From the sequence record OZ346205.1: 64,000 nt of DNA. One strand, written 5' to 3'. This stretch comes from a phage. The notes beneath the pieces were generated by a model that worked only from the letters and a program-made list of their open reading frames with translations, was not told the DNA's origin and did no database searches. The position numbers and the translations under genes were made by a program. The first letter of the stretch is position 1, and every line of letters starts with the position of its first letter. Positions 39,445 through 48,381 of the stretch are shown piece after piece.

Positions 39445-39668
39445 CGACTTTGGTTAAAGCCACCTTTGTAGAAGAAAAGATGACAGACATGTCATTCTTT
39501 AAAGAAGGAAAGACCTACGAGGTTTATTACGATAAAGCTCGTGCAAACAAAATGATTAAAGACGAGGAAGGGGTTGACTGGTATATCTCTCACCTGGCAA
39601 ACGGTGAGTATCATATCTACGGAACCACTTTGCTTGCCAAGTTTGTAGTTGTTGAAGAGGACCTATGA
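39441..39668 (+). CDS. hypothetical protein (75 aa)
   Basis: Track ORF; ATGA overlap. Confidence 0.45.
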   Translation: MTTLVKATFVEEKMTDMSFFKEGKTYEVYYDKARANKMIKDEEGVDWYISHLANGEYHIYGTTLLAKFVVVEEDL

Positions 39669-39859
39669 AAGTAAAGTATCTTGCTGAAGGTATGAATAGG
39701 TATTTTACCCTTGGTGAAGAATATTGGCCCTTTACAAACAACGGCGATGTCTACGTGAAAGATAATTTCGGCACGCCGTGGTTTCTGCACTCTAATGGGC
39801 TGGGATACTCCATTTACTGCGGTGCAGTGAACAACACAACTCTTGCAGAGTTCGTTTAG
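39665..39859 (+). CDS. hypothetical protein (64 aa)
   Basis: Track ORF; ATGA overlap. Confidence 0.45.
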   Translation: MKVKYLAEGMNRYFTLGEEYWPFTNNGDVYVKDNFGTPWFLHSNGLGYSIYCGAVNNTTLAEFV

Positions 39860-39869
39860 AGGAGGTAGG

Positions 39870-40241
39870 ATGTTAGTAAAAGGTACCCACACAGTCAAAC
39901 AACGTATTGAAGTTGAGATTGATGATTGTGAGCTGAAGCATATTTTACGGTCATGCTCCAACGTTTTGCTCCTTAGTATTCTTCAGGAGCGAGCGGAGAA
40001 CGAGTTCTTAAATGCATTGGCAGGCCGTCCCGGTGACTTCTGTGTGCGTAAGCGTGGTGACAACAAGTCGTGGTTGTGGGAGATCGATGCCGACTGGGAT
40101 TACCACAAAAATGAGGGTATAGATGAGCCTATTCGTGAACTGACGGACAAAGAGATTCAGATGTACAATGAAGTTTGTCATTGGGCAACACGCCAACAAA
40201 TTTACCTAGACCCTGTGTGGCTGATTGAAAATAGTCGTTGA
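39870..40241 (+). CDS. hypothetical protein (123 aa)
   Basis: ATG after RBS GAGGAGG. Confidence 0.5.
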   Translation: MLVKGTHTVKQRIEVEIDDCELKHILRSCSNVLLLSILQERAENEFLNALAGRPGDFCVRKRGDNKSWLWEIDADWDYHKNEGIDEPIRELTDKEIQMYNEVCHWATRQQIYLDPVWLIENSR

Positions 40242-40266
40242 CAAGAAGTAAGGTTAGATGTAAGAT
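40238..40266 (+). promoter_or_regulatory. sigma70-like promoter
   Basis: TTGACA, 17-nt spacer, TAAGAT. Confidence 0.45.
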
Positions 40267-40317
40267 ACTCCTCACAAACAGAGTATTGATTGTTAAATAA
40301 TTAAGGAGACCTCTAAG

Positions 40318-40572
40318 ATGAAAATCATGTTGAAACCAGAATGCGTTGCAAACGACCGAGCTTTTAAAGATTGCACACTTGGCGCTACTTATGAAGCAGA
40401 GTTTTGTGAGAACCCTTTGGTAAAAGCCCTTTTGGAAGAAGGGGCCCCTCTATCACAAGAAGAGCTTGATGAGCTGGAAAACTCAGCACAGTGCCTTACC
40501 TTTAAAGATGATGAAGGAGACTCTGTCTGGTGCACTGTTAACGAAGTAGTTTTTGTAAAAACTGAACATTAA
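40318..40572 (+). CDS. small protein, paralogue family C (84 aa)
   Basis: RBS AAGGAGA; shares KP...D.AF.DCT...Y motif with 40636-40896. Confidence 0.5.
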   Translation: MKIMLKPECVANDRAFKDCTLGATYEAEFCENPLVKALLEEGAPLSQEELDELENSAQCLTFKDDEGDSVWCTVNEVVFVKTEH

Positions 40573-40575
40573 TAC

Positions 40576-40604
40576 TTGACAACAGCGATAGGACCTAATA
40601 CAAT
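40576..40604 (+). promoter_or_regulatory. sigma70-like promoter overlapping a palindrome
   Basis: TTGACA, 17-nt spacer, TACAAT; inverted repeat ATAGGACC...GGTCCTAT at 40588-40612. Confidence 0.45.
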
Positions 40605-40635
40605 GGTCCTATCAAAACGAAAGGGGACCACAGCA

Positions 40636-40896
40636 ATGACCAAACAATATCAACGAATTAAAGCCAAGGTTAAGCCAGACTATCTAGAGAAGGACTCTGC
40701 TTTTCGGGACTGCACAGCTGACAAAGTTTACACAGGGGCCGTCCTGTTGAACGATAAACTTGAAGTAGATGTGCTGGGTAAAGAGGCCGTTATCGAGGAT
40801 GACAACGGTGACTGTGTTTTCTGCACCACACGAGAGCTAGAAGTCTTAGAATATTTCGGTGAAATCTTCAACTCCTTAGACGACGAGGAAGCGTGA
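40636..40896 (+). CDS. small protein, paralogue family C (86 aa)
   Basis: ATG after AAAGGGGA; paralogue of 40318-40572. Confidence 0.5.
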   Translation: MTKQYQRIKAKVKPDYLEKDSAFRDCTADKVYTGAVLLNDKLEVDVLGKEAVIEDDNGDCVFCTTRELEVLEYFGEIFNSLDDEEA

Positions 40897-41285
40897 TGAA
40901 AAATATTTGGGATATCGATATCTTTGAAGCCTCTAAGCTTGACGGTGCTGATGGAGTGATTATGGTGTCTGATGGCAAGGCAACACTAACTTCCGGAGAT
41001 ATCATCTATGCCTTGGACGAGCTGGCGCTTCTGAAATCTACCGGTAACACTTTGGAGGAGCGTCTTCAAGGATTCGCTTTCAAAGAAGGTACAAATACAG
41101 CCATGATGTGCACCACACGGACAGTCCAGGTTGGTAACGGTGTCTATATGATTATTGCTGTGTGTCCTAAATTCAGCAACGTCAACAAAGATGATGCTGA
41201 CGCGGTCAACGATGTGGTTGTTCTCTTCGTGGGTGACGCTATGGCAGATCTGATGAATGCAGGAGAAGCAGCAAATGAAGACTGA
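40893..41285 (+). CDS. hypothetical protein (130 aa)
   Basis: Track ORF; stop/start overlap. Confidence 0.5.
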   Translation: MMKNIWDIDIFEASKLDGADGVIMVSDGKATLTSGDIIYALDELALLKSTGNTLEERLQGFAFKEGTNTAMMCTTRTVQVGNGVYMIIAVCPKFSNVNKDDADAVNDVVVLFVGDAMADLMNAGEAANED

Positions 41286-41577
41286 AAACATCACCCCAGC
41301 AGGGTTCTTAAAAGTATACCGTGAACTGCTATATACTACAGAGGACAGTGTTCTAGAGTATCCAGAATATCTTTTGCTGTATAAGTATCTGCAGGAGGCT
41401 GGTGAAAATCTGCCAGTTAGTGCAGAAGGTGGTCCAAACTGGATATACAGCGCATGGAGAAAGGTTGACATTCTCCCAAACCCAGGTAAAGATATGGTAG
41501 TTTGGCAGCTTATCAACAACATCGGGATTCCAATCTTTGATGAAGCTGTTAAAATCTATTTTGAACTTGACGATTAA
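41275..41577 (+). CDS. hypothetical protein (100 aa)
   Basis: ATG after AGGAGAA; track ORF start trimmed. Confidence 0.45.
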   Translation: MKTENITPAGFLKVYRELLYTTEDSVLEYPEYLLLYKYLQEAGENLPVSAEGGPNWIYSAWRKVDILPNPGKDMVVWQLINNIGIPIFDEAVKIYFELDD

Positions 41578-41594
41578 TATCAGGAGACCTTAAG

Positions 41595-41840
41595 ATGACT
41601 GAAGCAGTTGCTCGCGCAGGACAGAAAGTACGTTGTGTTGAAGTAGGTTTTGGTGGCAAAGGGTGTCAAAACTTGACTCAAGGCAAGGAATATGCTGTTA
41701 TCTCTGGTGGTGGCGACGAAAGTATTGTGTTCGAGGGTCACATCCTGGATGCTGAAAACTTTGAAATCTTTGACGACGATGGGGATCCGATCACCTGCCT
41801 GCTGGACGGGAATTGGGGAACTTTCGAAGTGATTGGCTAA
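41595..41840 (+). CDS. hypothetical protein (81 aa)
   Basis: RBS AGGAGA then ATG. Confidence 0.5.
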   Translation: MTEAVARAGQKVRCVEVGFGGKGCQNLTQGKEYAVISGGGDESIVFEGHILDAENFEIFDDDGDPITCLLDGNWGTFEVIG

Positions 41841-41923
41841 CAAATACCTATTGTAATTTACAGAAGGGGATGCTAAAATAGTGTCTCCTTCTATGTTGTT
41901 CAAATAAAATCGGAGATTCCATA

Positions 41924-42292
41924 ATGGAACAAATGAACGATCAAGAGTCGGTTGCGATGAACGAGCAAGAACAACCTCAAGAATTTTTCTTAGGGTTAAG
42001 TAAAGATCAAGTGTCTCTTTTGCTAGTGCTTTCTTCTTTCATGGGAAGACTTCAGGAGCTCACACAACAACCGGAGGCTGAACAATTATTTCAGGCTCTG
42101 CGTGAAGAAGAAAAATATCGTCGTTTGGACTATGCCTTAGGTTGGGTAGCTCAACAACGAGATATGCTGATGGCCCTCTCTGGGACCACAAGTTTTGCAA
42201 TGGGCCTGTTGGCTCAAGTTCAGGACAAATTAATTCAAGCAGGGTTTGCACACACGGCAAACACTAACGAAGAACAAGGAGACAAAGAATGA
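41924..42292 (+). CDS. hypothetical protein (122 aa)
   Basis: Track ORF. Confidence 0.5.
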   Translation: MEQMNDQESVAMNEQEQPQEFFLGLSKDQVSLLLVLSSFMGRLQELTQQPEAEQLFQALREEEKYRRLDYALGWVAQQRDMLMALSGTTSFAMGLLAQVQDKLIQAGFAHTANTNEEQGDKE

Positions 42293-43503
42293 GCGTTATT
42301 CAACAATTCGCTAACCCGATGAATCCGCGTGAAACTGTTTTACTGGCTCACGGCATGATTAAACGCGTCAGCATCAAGCCTATCAAAGGTGCTGATCCTA
42401 CAACAGGTATTAAAACCACTGTGTGGCAAGGTAAGAAAATTGAATCCAGCCACACCATCTCTTTACTGATTTCTGAACTGGATTCCTCTGATAACCTACT
42501 TCAAGGTGGTGAAGAAGTTTGGATCAGTATGGGCGATAAGCTGCTTAAACCGGGTCATCAAGACTCTGTCTCTGTTAAAATTGATGACAAGTGGGAAACC
42601 GTAACGCCAGGATGGATCGTAAATATTCCTTTGAAGGCAAACGAGCATAACGGTAAGACCTATTACAAAGGCTCACTGGCTAAGATGGTTAAGCTGGGTG
42701 TAGGAGAGGCTCCAGCAGCGACTCAGCAGCAAAAACAGCAACAAGGTGTACAATCACAAGGCCAGAAGCAGAATGCCAATCAGGACGTTTTACGCATCTA
42801 TGGCGATGTGACTCAGATTGTTGGCAACGTGGTTACTGTCAATGACCACAAGATTGGCGAAGGTGCTATGGTTGTCACCGATGAGCAGCTTAAAGATCTG
42901 GTGGTAGGTGGTCGTGTTGCAGCCATTGTTGACAAAGACACCGGAAACATTATCAGTGGTTTCAAAGCCTACCCCCCTAAGGCAGAGAACGGCACTCAAG
43001 GCTCCGGTGGCAAGCGTAAATCCTCTTACGACCCTATCGGTGTGGAAACGGGGCATAGCATCAATGCGTTGCAGATCATCCTGGATCGCGGGTTTAAGGT
43101 AGACGACCCACTGGGCGTGGCTAAAACACTGCACGTAGTCACCATTGAGCTTAAGAAAGAGTATGCTCAGGCCACCAACCGAACTGAAGATGAAGTAGGT
43201 GCCAGTGTCGGTAATGCGGTGTTGAACGCTTGTCGCCGTATTGACAAGAAAACGAAAGTTGATGATTTTGCAGCGGCAATTACTGCAGAAGCAAAAGATG
43301 TCTTGACTAATCTGGCTGAGCCGTTGTACGATTGGATCAAGAACGGTGCTGGGTCAACTGACCATCAAGAACCTCAGGCTACCAAACAGGAAGCAGCTCC
43401 ACAGCAAAACACTGTAGACGCTCCTCCTGTAAATGATGAGGAAGATGACCCAATGGATCAGAATCCAGCACAGTACTCCTTTGATGATGACATCCCTTTT
43501 TAA
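42289..43503 (+). CDS. ssb: single-stranded DNA-binding protein-like (404 aa)
   Basis: Q-rich flexible linker and canonical SSB C-terminal tip ...FDDDIPF; placed in the replication module. Confidence 0.6.
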   Translation: MSVIQQFANPMNPRETVLLAHGMIKRVSIKPIKGADPTTGIKTTVWQGKKIESSHTISLLISELDSSDNLLQGGEEVWISMGDKLLKPGHQDSVSVKIDDKWETVTPGWIVNIPLKANEHNGKTYYKGSLAKMVKLGVGEAPAATQQQKQQQGVQSQGQKQNANQDVLRIYGDVTQIVGNVVTVNDHKIGEGAMVVTDEQLKDLVVGGRVAAIVDKDTGNIISGFKAYPPKAENGTQGSGGKRKSSYDPIGVETGHSINALQIILDRGFKVDDPLGVAKTLHVVTIELKKEYAQATNRTEDEVGASVGNAVLNACRRIDKKTKVDDFAAAITAEAKDVLTNLAEPLYDWIKNGAGSTDHQEPQATKQEAAPQQNTVDAPPVNDEEDDPMDQNPAQYSFDDDIPF

Positions 43504-43518
43504 CAATTAGTTAACATA

Positions 43519-43548
43519 GCCCTGCCCGAAAGGGTGGGGCATTTTTAT
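43519..43548 (+). terminator. intrinsic terminator (repeated module, copy 2)
   Basis: Same CCCTGCCCGAAAGGGTGGGG hairpin as at 33121, followed by a T-tract. Confidence 0.55.
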
Positions 43549-43565
43549 ATAAGGAGATCTGAAAA

Positions 43566-43982
43566 ATGACATTAGAAGATATCATTGTTAAACCTGAGAA
43601 CTATGACCAATACAACCTGTCAACTCAATCTGTAGACCTTGGATGCGCCACGGTCAGTGCGTGGCCGGTTAACGGAAAAGAGCTAGATAAATGCTTAGAA
43701 GCTCACATGTCTATTAACAAGTTTCTGGATGAAAATACTCACTGGCTTGAGGGTGCAGGAGTATATGCTTCATGGTTGGAGAGTATGGGATTCGACTACC
43801 AATCTGAAGAAGGGTGGTGGAGCTATTTAGCTATCTGTCCAGAGACGCTACAATGCTTCATGAAATACTCTGAAGATTTAGAGTACCGGGCGGTGGTTGA
43901 TAGTGCTATTGCCCGTTATAGCCGTAAACCTTTTTCCCACGACATTAAAACTGTGGAAGAGTTTGTTGAAGTTTTCTGTTGA
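43566..43982 (+). CDS. hypothetical protein (138 aa)
   Basis: RBS AAGGAGA then ATG. Confidence 0.5.
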   Translation: MTLEDIIVKPENYDQYNLSTQSVDLGCATVSAWPVNGKELDKCLEAHMSINKFLDENTHWLEGAGVYASWLESMGFDYQSEEGWWSYLAICPETLQCFMKYSEDLEYRAVVDSAIARYSRKPFSHDIKTVEEFVEVFC

Positions 43983-44078
43983 CACAGGTTGAAAGGTGTG
44001 CAATTATAACTTCATATGACTGGAGGACGTGATGAACGAAGAAAACTGGGATGTATAACTAACAGGAGGCCACTGCCC

Positions 44079-44276
44079 ATGATTTATCGAATCCGTGTAA
44101 GAGAAGATGCACCAGGCTGTTACTTTGACTGGCGTGGGTGGTGGTTTCTCCACCCAATGGATGGACTCACAGATAGAATGCTGGATGCTGCCCTTTATAC
44201 AGATACCGACATAGAGTATAATCTCTATCTGAAGGACGGTATAGATAACGGCCTGTTTGAAGCAATTCCTGTGTAA
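44079..44276 (+). CDS. hypothetical protein (65 aa)
   Basis: ATG after AGGAGG; track ORF start trimmed. Confidence 0.45.
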   Translation: MIYRIRVREDAPGCYFDWRGWWFLHPMDGLTDRMLDAALYTDTDIEYNLYLKDGIDNGLFEAIPV

Positions 44277-44344
44277 GAGACTGTGATAGCTATGTTTTAT
44301 GATCTTCCTGTAGCGCCACCACCTGTTGAACCCGGAGAACTAAG

Positions 44345-44770
44345 ATGATCTATGAAATGCCAAAACTGATTCGTGACGATGCCCAAAACGCTCACACCAT
44401 TATTATGGGCAAACGCATGGATATTATTTGTCATAAAGATTTCTGGGAAGGAAGTTACTTCACAGAGTATTTTGGTAAACTGGATAATGGTCTGCTGATC
44501 CAGTTCTACACCGATGCGGAAAACAACATTCCCTGGGAGTTCGAAACTGAAGATATTCATAAACTTTTCACCTTCCTCGATATTAAGGTTAAGGCCAAGT
44601 TTGAAGAGGGTGAGTGCGACGATTGTGGATTTTATGAGGTAACAGATTTCTATCTTCCAAGTGGTAAGAACCTTTACTATGAAAGCCACTTCGGTAACTC
44701 AAATATGCCACAGTGCTGGACTGAGTTTTTTGAAATTGTGGAAGAGGAGCTGGCATATCGTGATTATTGA
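44345..44770 (+). CDS. hypothetical protein (141 aa)
   Basis: Track ORF. Confidence 0.5.
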   Translation: MIYEMPKLIRDDAQNAHTIIMGKRMDIICHKDFWEGSYFTEYFGKLDNGLLIQFYTDAENNIPWEFETEDIHKLFTFLDIKVKAKFEEGECDDCGFYEVTDFYLPSGKNLYYESHFGNSNMPQCWTEFFEIVEEELAYRDY

Positions 44771-45218
44771 TACTGTAGAGGGAGATTTAATCTCCCTTTT
44801 TAAGAGCGGTGCTGGTCACCTGATCCACGGTTGTAACTGCTTCCACACAATGGGTAAGGGTGTAGCAAAACAGATTGCCCGTGAGTTCCCTCAAGCATTG
44901 GAAGCTGATAAAATGACTATGCACGGTTGCCTAAGTAAACTGGGCGCGTTCTCCCGCTGGGAGCACTTATCTCCGAGAGGTATTGTCTACGGAATAAATC
45001 TGTATACTCAGTTCTACCCAGGGCCTAATGCTGAATATTTCTCAATACTGAAAGGCTTTGAGCGAGTCAATGAAGTATTTGAGGGGTCGATTTTACCATT
45101 CTACATCCCTAAGATCGGGTGCGGCATAGGTGGTTTGAAGTGGGAACATGTAGAGGACATTATTAACCTTGCCACTTTTGATATAGATATTATCGTGGTG
45201 GAGTACAAAGAGTGTTGA
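44760..45218 (+). CDS. macro-domain (ADP-ribose binding/processing) protein
   Basis: GDLISLFKSGAGHLIHGCNCFHTMGKGVAKQI and PKIGCGIGG resemble macro-domain glycine-rich motifs; GTG start inferred, uncertain. Confidence 0.5.
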   Translation: MIIDTVEGDLISLFKSGAGHLIHGCNCFHTMGKGVAKQIAREFPQALEADKMTMHGCLSKLGAFSRWEHLSPRGIVYGINLYTQFYPGPNAEYFSILKGFERVNEVFEGSILPFYIPKIGCGIGGLKWEHVEDIINLATFDIDIIVVEYKEC

Positions 45219-45243
45219 CAGCTATATTTTAAGATGGTATAGT
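45215..45243 (+). promoter_or_regulatory. sigma70-like promoter
   Basis: TTGACA, 17-nt spacer, TATAGT. Confidence 0.5.
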
Positions 45244-45272
45244 CGCCACAACGATTAAGACAGAGGAGCACT

Positions 45273-45467
45273 ATGGAGACTAAAATCTTAATTCTAGCTG
45301 TGATAGATACAACAGAAGGAGCCATGTTTGAATCTGCAGGAGGGTATTTCTACCTGCCCTATGGAAAAAGAACTTCCGAGCCGAGTAAAGATTCAATCCT
45401 TAAAGTGTTCCCGTGTGCTTTCTGGCTGGAGATCTTGGTAGAAGATTGCAGAGGACTAGGGAGATAA
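45273..45467 (+). CDS. hypothetical protein (64 aa)
   Basis: Track ORF with RBS GAGGAG. Confidence 0.4.
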   Translation: METKILILAVIDTTEGAMFESAGGYFYLPYGKRTSEPSKDSILKVFPCAFWLEILVEDCRGLGR

Positions 45468-45469
45468 TT

Positions 45470-45664
45470 ATGAGAAACAAGAAAGAGCTTTACTCTGGTG
45501 AGTGGATAAACGATCAACAGGTAGGAGAGGTAACCTGCTTCCGGTGCTTTACTAGGTACAATCTTAAAACTGCACCAAAAAGTGTTCCAAAGACTGACGG
45601 TTATTACATAAAAGAACCTCATTGCCCAAAATGCAAATGCCGATTATACTGGAGTAACCTGTAA
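45470..45664 (+). CDS. small zinc-ribbon-like protein (64 aa)
   Basis: ATG after GGGAGA; CFRC...CPKCKC pattern. Confidence 0.45.
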   Translation: MRNKKELYSGEWINDQQVGEVTCFRCFTRYNLKTAPKSVPKTDGYYIKEPHCPKCKCRLYWSNL

Positions 45665-45668
45665 AAGA

Positions 45669-45696
45669 TTGACATCTGAAAACTGCGGTGTATAAT
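45669..45696 (+). promoter_or_regulatory. sigma70 consensus promoter
   Basis: TTGACA, 16-nt spacer, TATAAT. Confidence 0.55.
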
Positions 45697-45727
45697 ATAA
45701 ACATAAACTAGCAGAGAGTGATATATT

Positions 45728-45919
45728 ATGGTAATTTTTAATCGAGACGGTATCATAGTTAGACAGCACCCATTCCTTGAATACTATCAAATTGAGCAAT
45801 GGTGCTACGGGGATTGCAGTCACTCCTATGGGCAAAGTTGGGGATATCGCACAGTTTTTGAATCAACAGATCTTGATAAGGTAAGACAGAAAGTTTTAGA
45901 ACTTATTAACAACAAGTGA
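45728..45919 (+). CDS. hypothetical protein (63 aa)
   Basis: Track ORF downstream of the consensus promoter. Confidence 0.45.
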   Translation: MVIFNRDGIIVRQHPFLEYYQIEQWCYGDCSHSYGQSWGYRTVFESTDLDKVRQKVLELINNK

Positions 45920-45926
45920 GTATGAT

Positions 45927-46262
45927 ATGGTAACATTAGAAAGACGTAAAGCTATCGCCGCCACACTGGCAGACATCTTTTGGGAGTGCAATTTAAAAGA
46001 TACCCGATATTGTGGCGCATCTGTAGATGCATTATTCCCACGGCCCACTATTGTTGCAATGGGAAACCTGTCAAACGTGGTGTATGGAGCATGGGACAAA
46101 GAAGGTGGATTTTATATCTGGCAACCTGACTACGGGACCTGGAAAGAGGTAAGGGGTGCGGATGACTTTGGGCCTGCAGTTGCCAAAACGATGGATGGCT
46201 GGAAAATCTATGTCGGTAACGACATGAAGCTGAAAGGCGAGATTGTTTACTGGTTACCTTAA
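45927..46262 (+). CDS. hypothetical protein (111 aa)
   Basis: Track ORF. Confidence 0.5.
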   Translation: MVTLERRKAIAATLADIFWECNLKDTRYCGASVDALFPRPTIVAMGNLSNVVYGAWDKEGGFYIWQPDYGTWKEVRGADDFGPAVAKTMDGWKIYVGNDMKLKGEIVYWLP

Positions 46263-46283
46263 TAAAACGCAGGAGATAAAGTT

Positions 46284-46529
46284 ATGAACAAAGGGTGGAC
46301 ATTTGTAGACGGCGTTAAAAACATGCCTCTAGGAAAGTATATTGTAGCCATGGCAGATGAGAATGGCAAGGTGGATTTCGGAGTTTGCGAGGTTGTTCTT
46401 GCAGGATCTGGTGACTATGCTCACAAAACTGGGATAATTAACGGTCATTTCTACTTTGATTACAACCCTGTTGTGGCGTATATGGCTATGCCAGAGTTCG
46501 AGCTCCCAAAGGAGGGTGCGGATGTTTAA
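46284..46529 (+). CDS. hypothetical protein (81 aa)
   Basis: RBS AGGAGA then ATG. Confidence 0.5.
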   Translation: MNKGWTFVDGVKNMPLGKYIVAMADENGKVDFGVCEVVLAGSGDYAHKTGIINGHFYFDYNPVVAYMAMPEFELPKEGADV

Positions 46530-46719
46530 GCTTAAATCTGCATGGAACATCGCTGTGGGGGACGAGATCCGCATCCCAGGTGGAAAGACCATTATGAAGA
46601 TATCTCGTATCGAGTACGAAGGTGATCGTGTATTTCATATCTTTGCAGAAGATGGTCGAGAAATTTATATACAGGCAGGCTCTCACATCTATATTCGTAA
46701 GAAAGGGGACGACAAATGA
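46522..46719 (+). CDS. hypothetical protein (65 aa)
   Basis: ATG after AAGGAGG; overlaps upstream stop. Confidence 0.45.
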   Translation: MFKLKSAWNIAVGDEIRIPGGKTIMKISRIEYEGDRVFHIFAEDGREIYIQAGSHIYIRKKGDDK

Positions 46720-47045
46720 CAGAGATCATCATTTCAACTGCAGGGTATGTGTTCCTGACAATCATTGCACTGACCATTCTGGTGGTGGTATATGGAATTG
46801 TTATTCTCCCTATTCTTGAGACAATTAGTTTGTGTCGGTGTTGGAGAAAGGCTTACGGTCCACAGCCGTGGAAGGACTGGCCCCACCTGGTGCACATAGC
46901 GTTCTCTTATGCTTATGATCACGCCAGCAGTGCATGCATAACCGGGTATCACGCCCACAACTGGAGCTGGGAAGGGTTGAGGAAATGGAATGTTACAAAG
47001 ACCATACCTCTGCGCATGTACAAACCTAAAAACAAAGACAGCTGA
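46716..47045 (+). CDS. hypothetical membrane protein (109 aa)
   Basis: Track ORF; hydrophobic N-terminal helix. Confidence 0.5.
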   Translation: MTEIIISTAGYVFLTIIALTILVVVYGIVILPILETISLCRCWRKAYGPQPWKDWPHLVHIAFSYAYDHASSACITGYHAHNWSWEGLRKWNVTKTIPLRMYKPKNKDS

Positions 47046-47359
47046 TACTTGAAAATCCCTGGCATATCAAGTGTAAGGAGGATTTCTAAAATGGATTTCC
47101 TCCTTTTGATATTTCACCGGGCCAGATATTTTAAAATTCTTAGAAAATCAGAAAATGGATCGAAAACTAAAATGGATTTTTCAAGACAGGCACGATAAGA
47201 TGTGCTGCTCATTCTATCGTTCGCACCGTACTTTAAGTCACTATTCCAGATTTTTCCGCACATACTCTCACCCTTCTACCAGAACTTTCCCAGCTTACCT
47301 CTGACCTTTTATAACAATAAGTCCATTATTATCAGAAAGTTTCGGCACATCTCTTTCGG

Positions 47360-47506
47360 TACTCGATCTGTTTTTCATTTCAAAGACCTGATTTTCTGAA
47401 AATTTTTCTCGATAAATTTCTTAGTACTCGATCTGTTTTTCATTTCAAAGACCTGATTTTCTGAAAATTTTTCTCGATAAATTTCTTAGTACTCGATCTG
47501 TTTTTC
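47360..47506. repeat. 65-bp tandem direct repeat, two exact copies plus a degenerate third
   Basis: Unit TACTCGATCTGTTTTTCATTTCAAAGACCTGATTTTCTGAAAATTTTTCTCGATAAATTTCTTAG at 47360-47424 and 47425-47489; third copy diverges after 17 nt. Confidence 0.85.
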
Positions 47507-47660
47507 GTTTTCTGAATCGGATTTTCTGGAAATCGTTCCAGCTCTCGACCTGAAATTTTTGGGGACGAAATCGATTTTTCGTTTTCAGAAATGGATTTTT
47601 AAAATTTCTATATGGGAATATTTTATGGGATACTGTTTTATAGGAAATTGTTACGGAGGG

Positions 47661-47678
47661 TAATTAGCATGCTAATTA
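47661..47678. repeat. perfect 18-bp palindrome (operator-like)
   Basis: TAATTAGCATGCTAATTA is its own reverse complement. Confidence 0.8.
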
Positions 47679-48127
47679 AATTTATTAAATGCGAGGAGTT
47701 CTCATTTAGAATTTTGAATGATAATCATTCTCGTTTGCAGAATAACGGGCAGGCCCGGTGATTGTCTCCCGGCCCCTACTGCCCCGGCTTGTTATTATAG
47801 TATCACACAGGACAAAGAAAGCAAGGATTTTTTGCATAAATTTTTAAATGATAATGATAACCGTTCTCATTTTATGCAGCGCCCATCCCCGGTGGTTGTC
47901 TCCCCCGTCACCGGTGCCTGCCGTCCTTTCGATAGGTATATCGTGCCACCTGGCGGGGCCGCTGTCAACACTTTTCAAAAAATTTTTCTAACCTGATGCG
48001 CTAACCGCTGCAACCTGGCGGGGTCAGCCTGGCAGGACCTAACTGACCGGGTAGGAGAGAATGAAGGCTTGTAAACCTGGTGGGCCTATGCTACAGGATA
48101 GGTAACAATTGAAGAGGAGGTACAAAA

Positions 48128-48295
48128 ATGAAAGGTAATATGATCCCCCTAGAAAATGTAGCTATTAATGACGCTGAGGCTATCGCCCTGGTTGAAAAGG
48201 CTATGGCGGGAGCGTTGGAACATAAAGAAGAGTACGAAAAATGGTGGTTAACCTGGCGGGGGCGGCAGGTGGATTCTATCATAAAAATAATTTAA
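48128..48295 (+). CDS. small hypothetical protein (55 aa)
   Basis: ORF below the track size cut-off; strong RBS GAAGAGGAGG 7 nt upstream. Confidence 0.35.
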   Translation: MKGNMIPLENVAINDAEAIALVEKAMAGALEHKEEYEKWWLTWRGRQVDSIIKII

Positions 48296-48303
48296 AATAG
48301 TCG

Positions 48304-48331
48304 TTGACAACAAGGTTAATCATGGTATTAT
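48304..48331 (+). promoter_or_regulatory. sigma70-like promoter (cassette)
   Basis: TTGACA, 16-nt spacer, TATTAT. Confidence 0.45.
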
Positions 48332-48381
48332 TACCCTACAAGGTGAACAACACCGCACTAACCAGTAAAGAGGATAAATTT

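Noticed and set aside
47360-47506. Possible CRISPR array suggested by regularly spaced direct repeats
   Set aside because: The 65-bp units are directly contiguous with no unique spacers and no cas genes nearby; this is a tandem repeat, not a CRISPR array.
47202-47996. Track ORFs 47202-47399 and 47718-47996 inside the non-coding hub
   Set aside because: They span tandem repeats and GC-rich hairpins, lack an RBS, and have low-complexity translations.
47046-48127. tRNA genes in the non-coding hub and elsewhere
   Set aside because: No T-loop-like GTTCGAATCC motif with a matching acceptor stem was found; the few GGTTCGA occurrences lie inside long coding frames.
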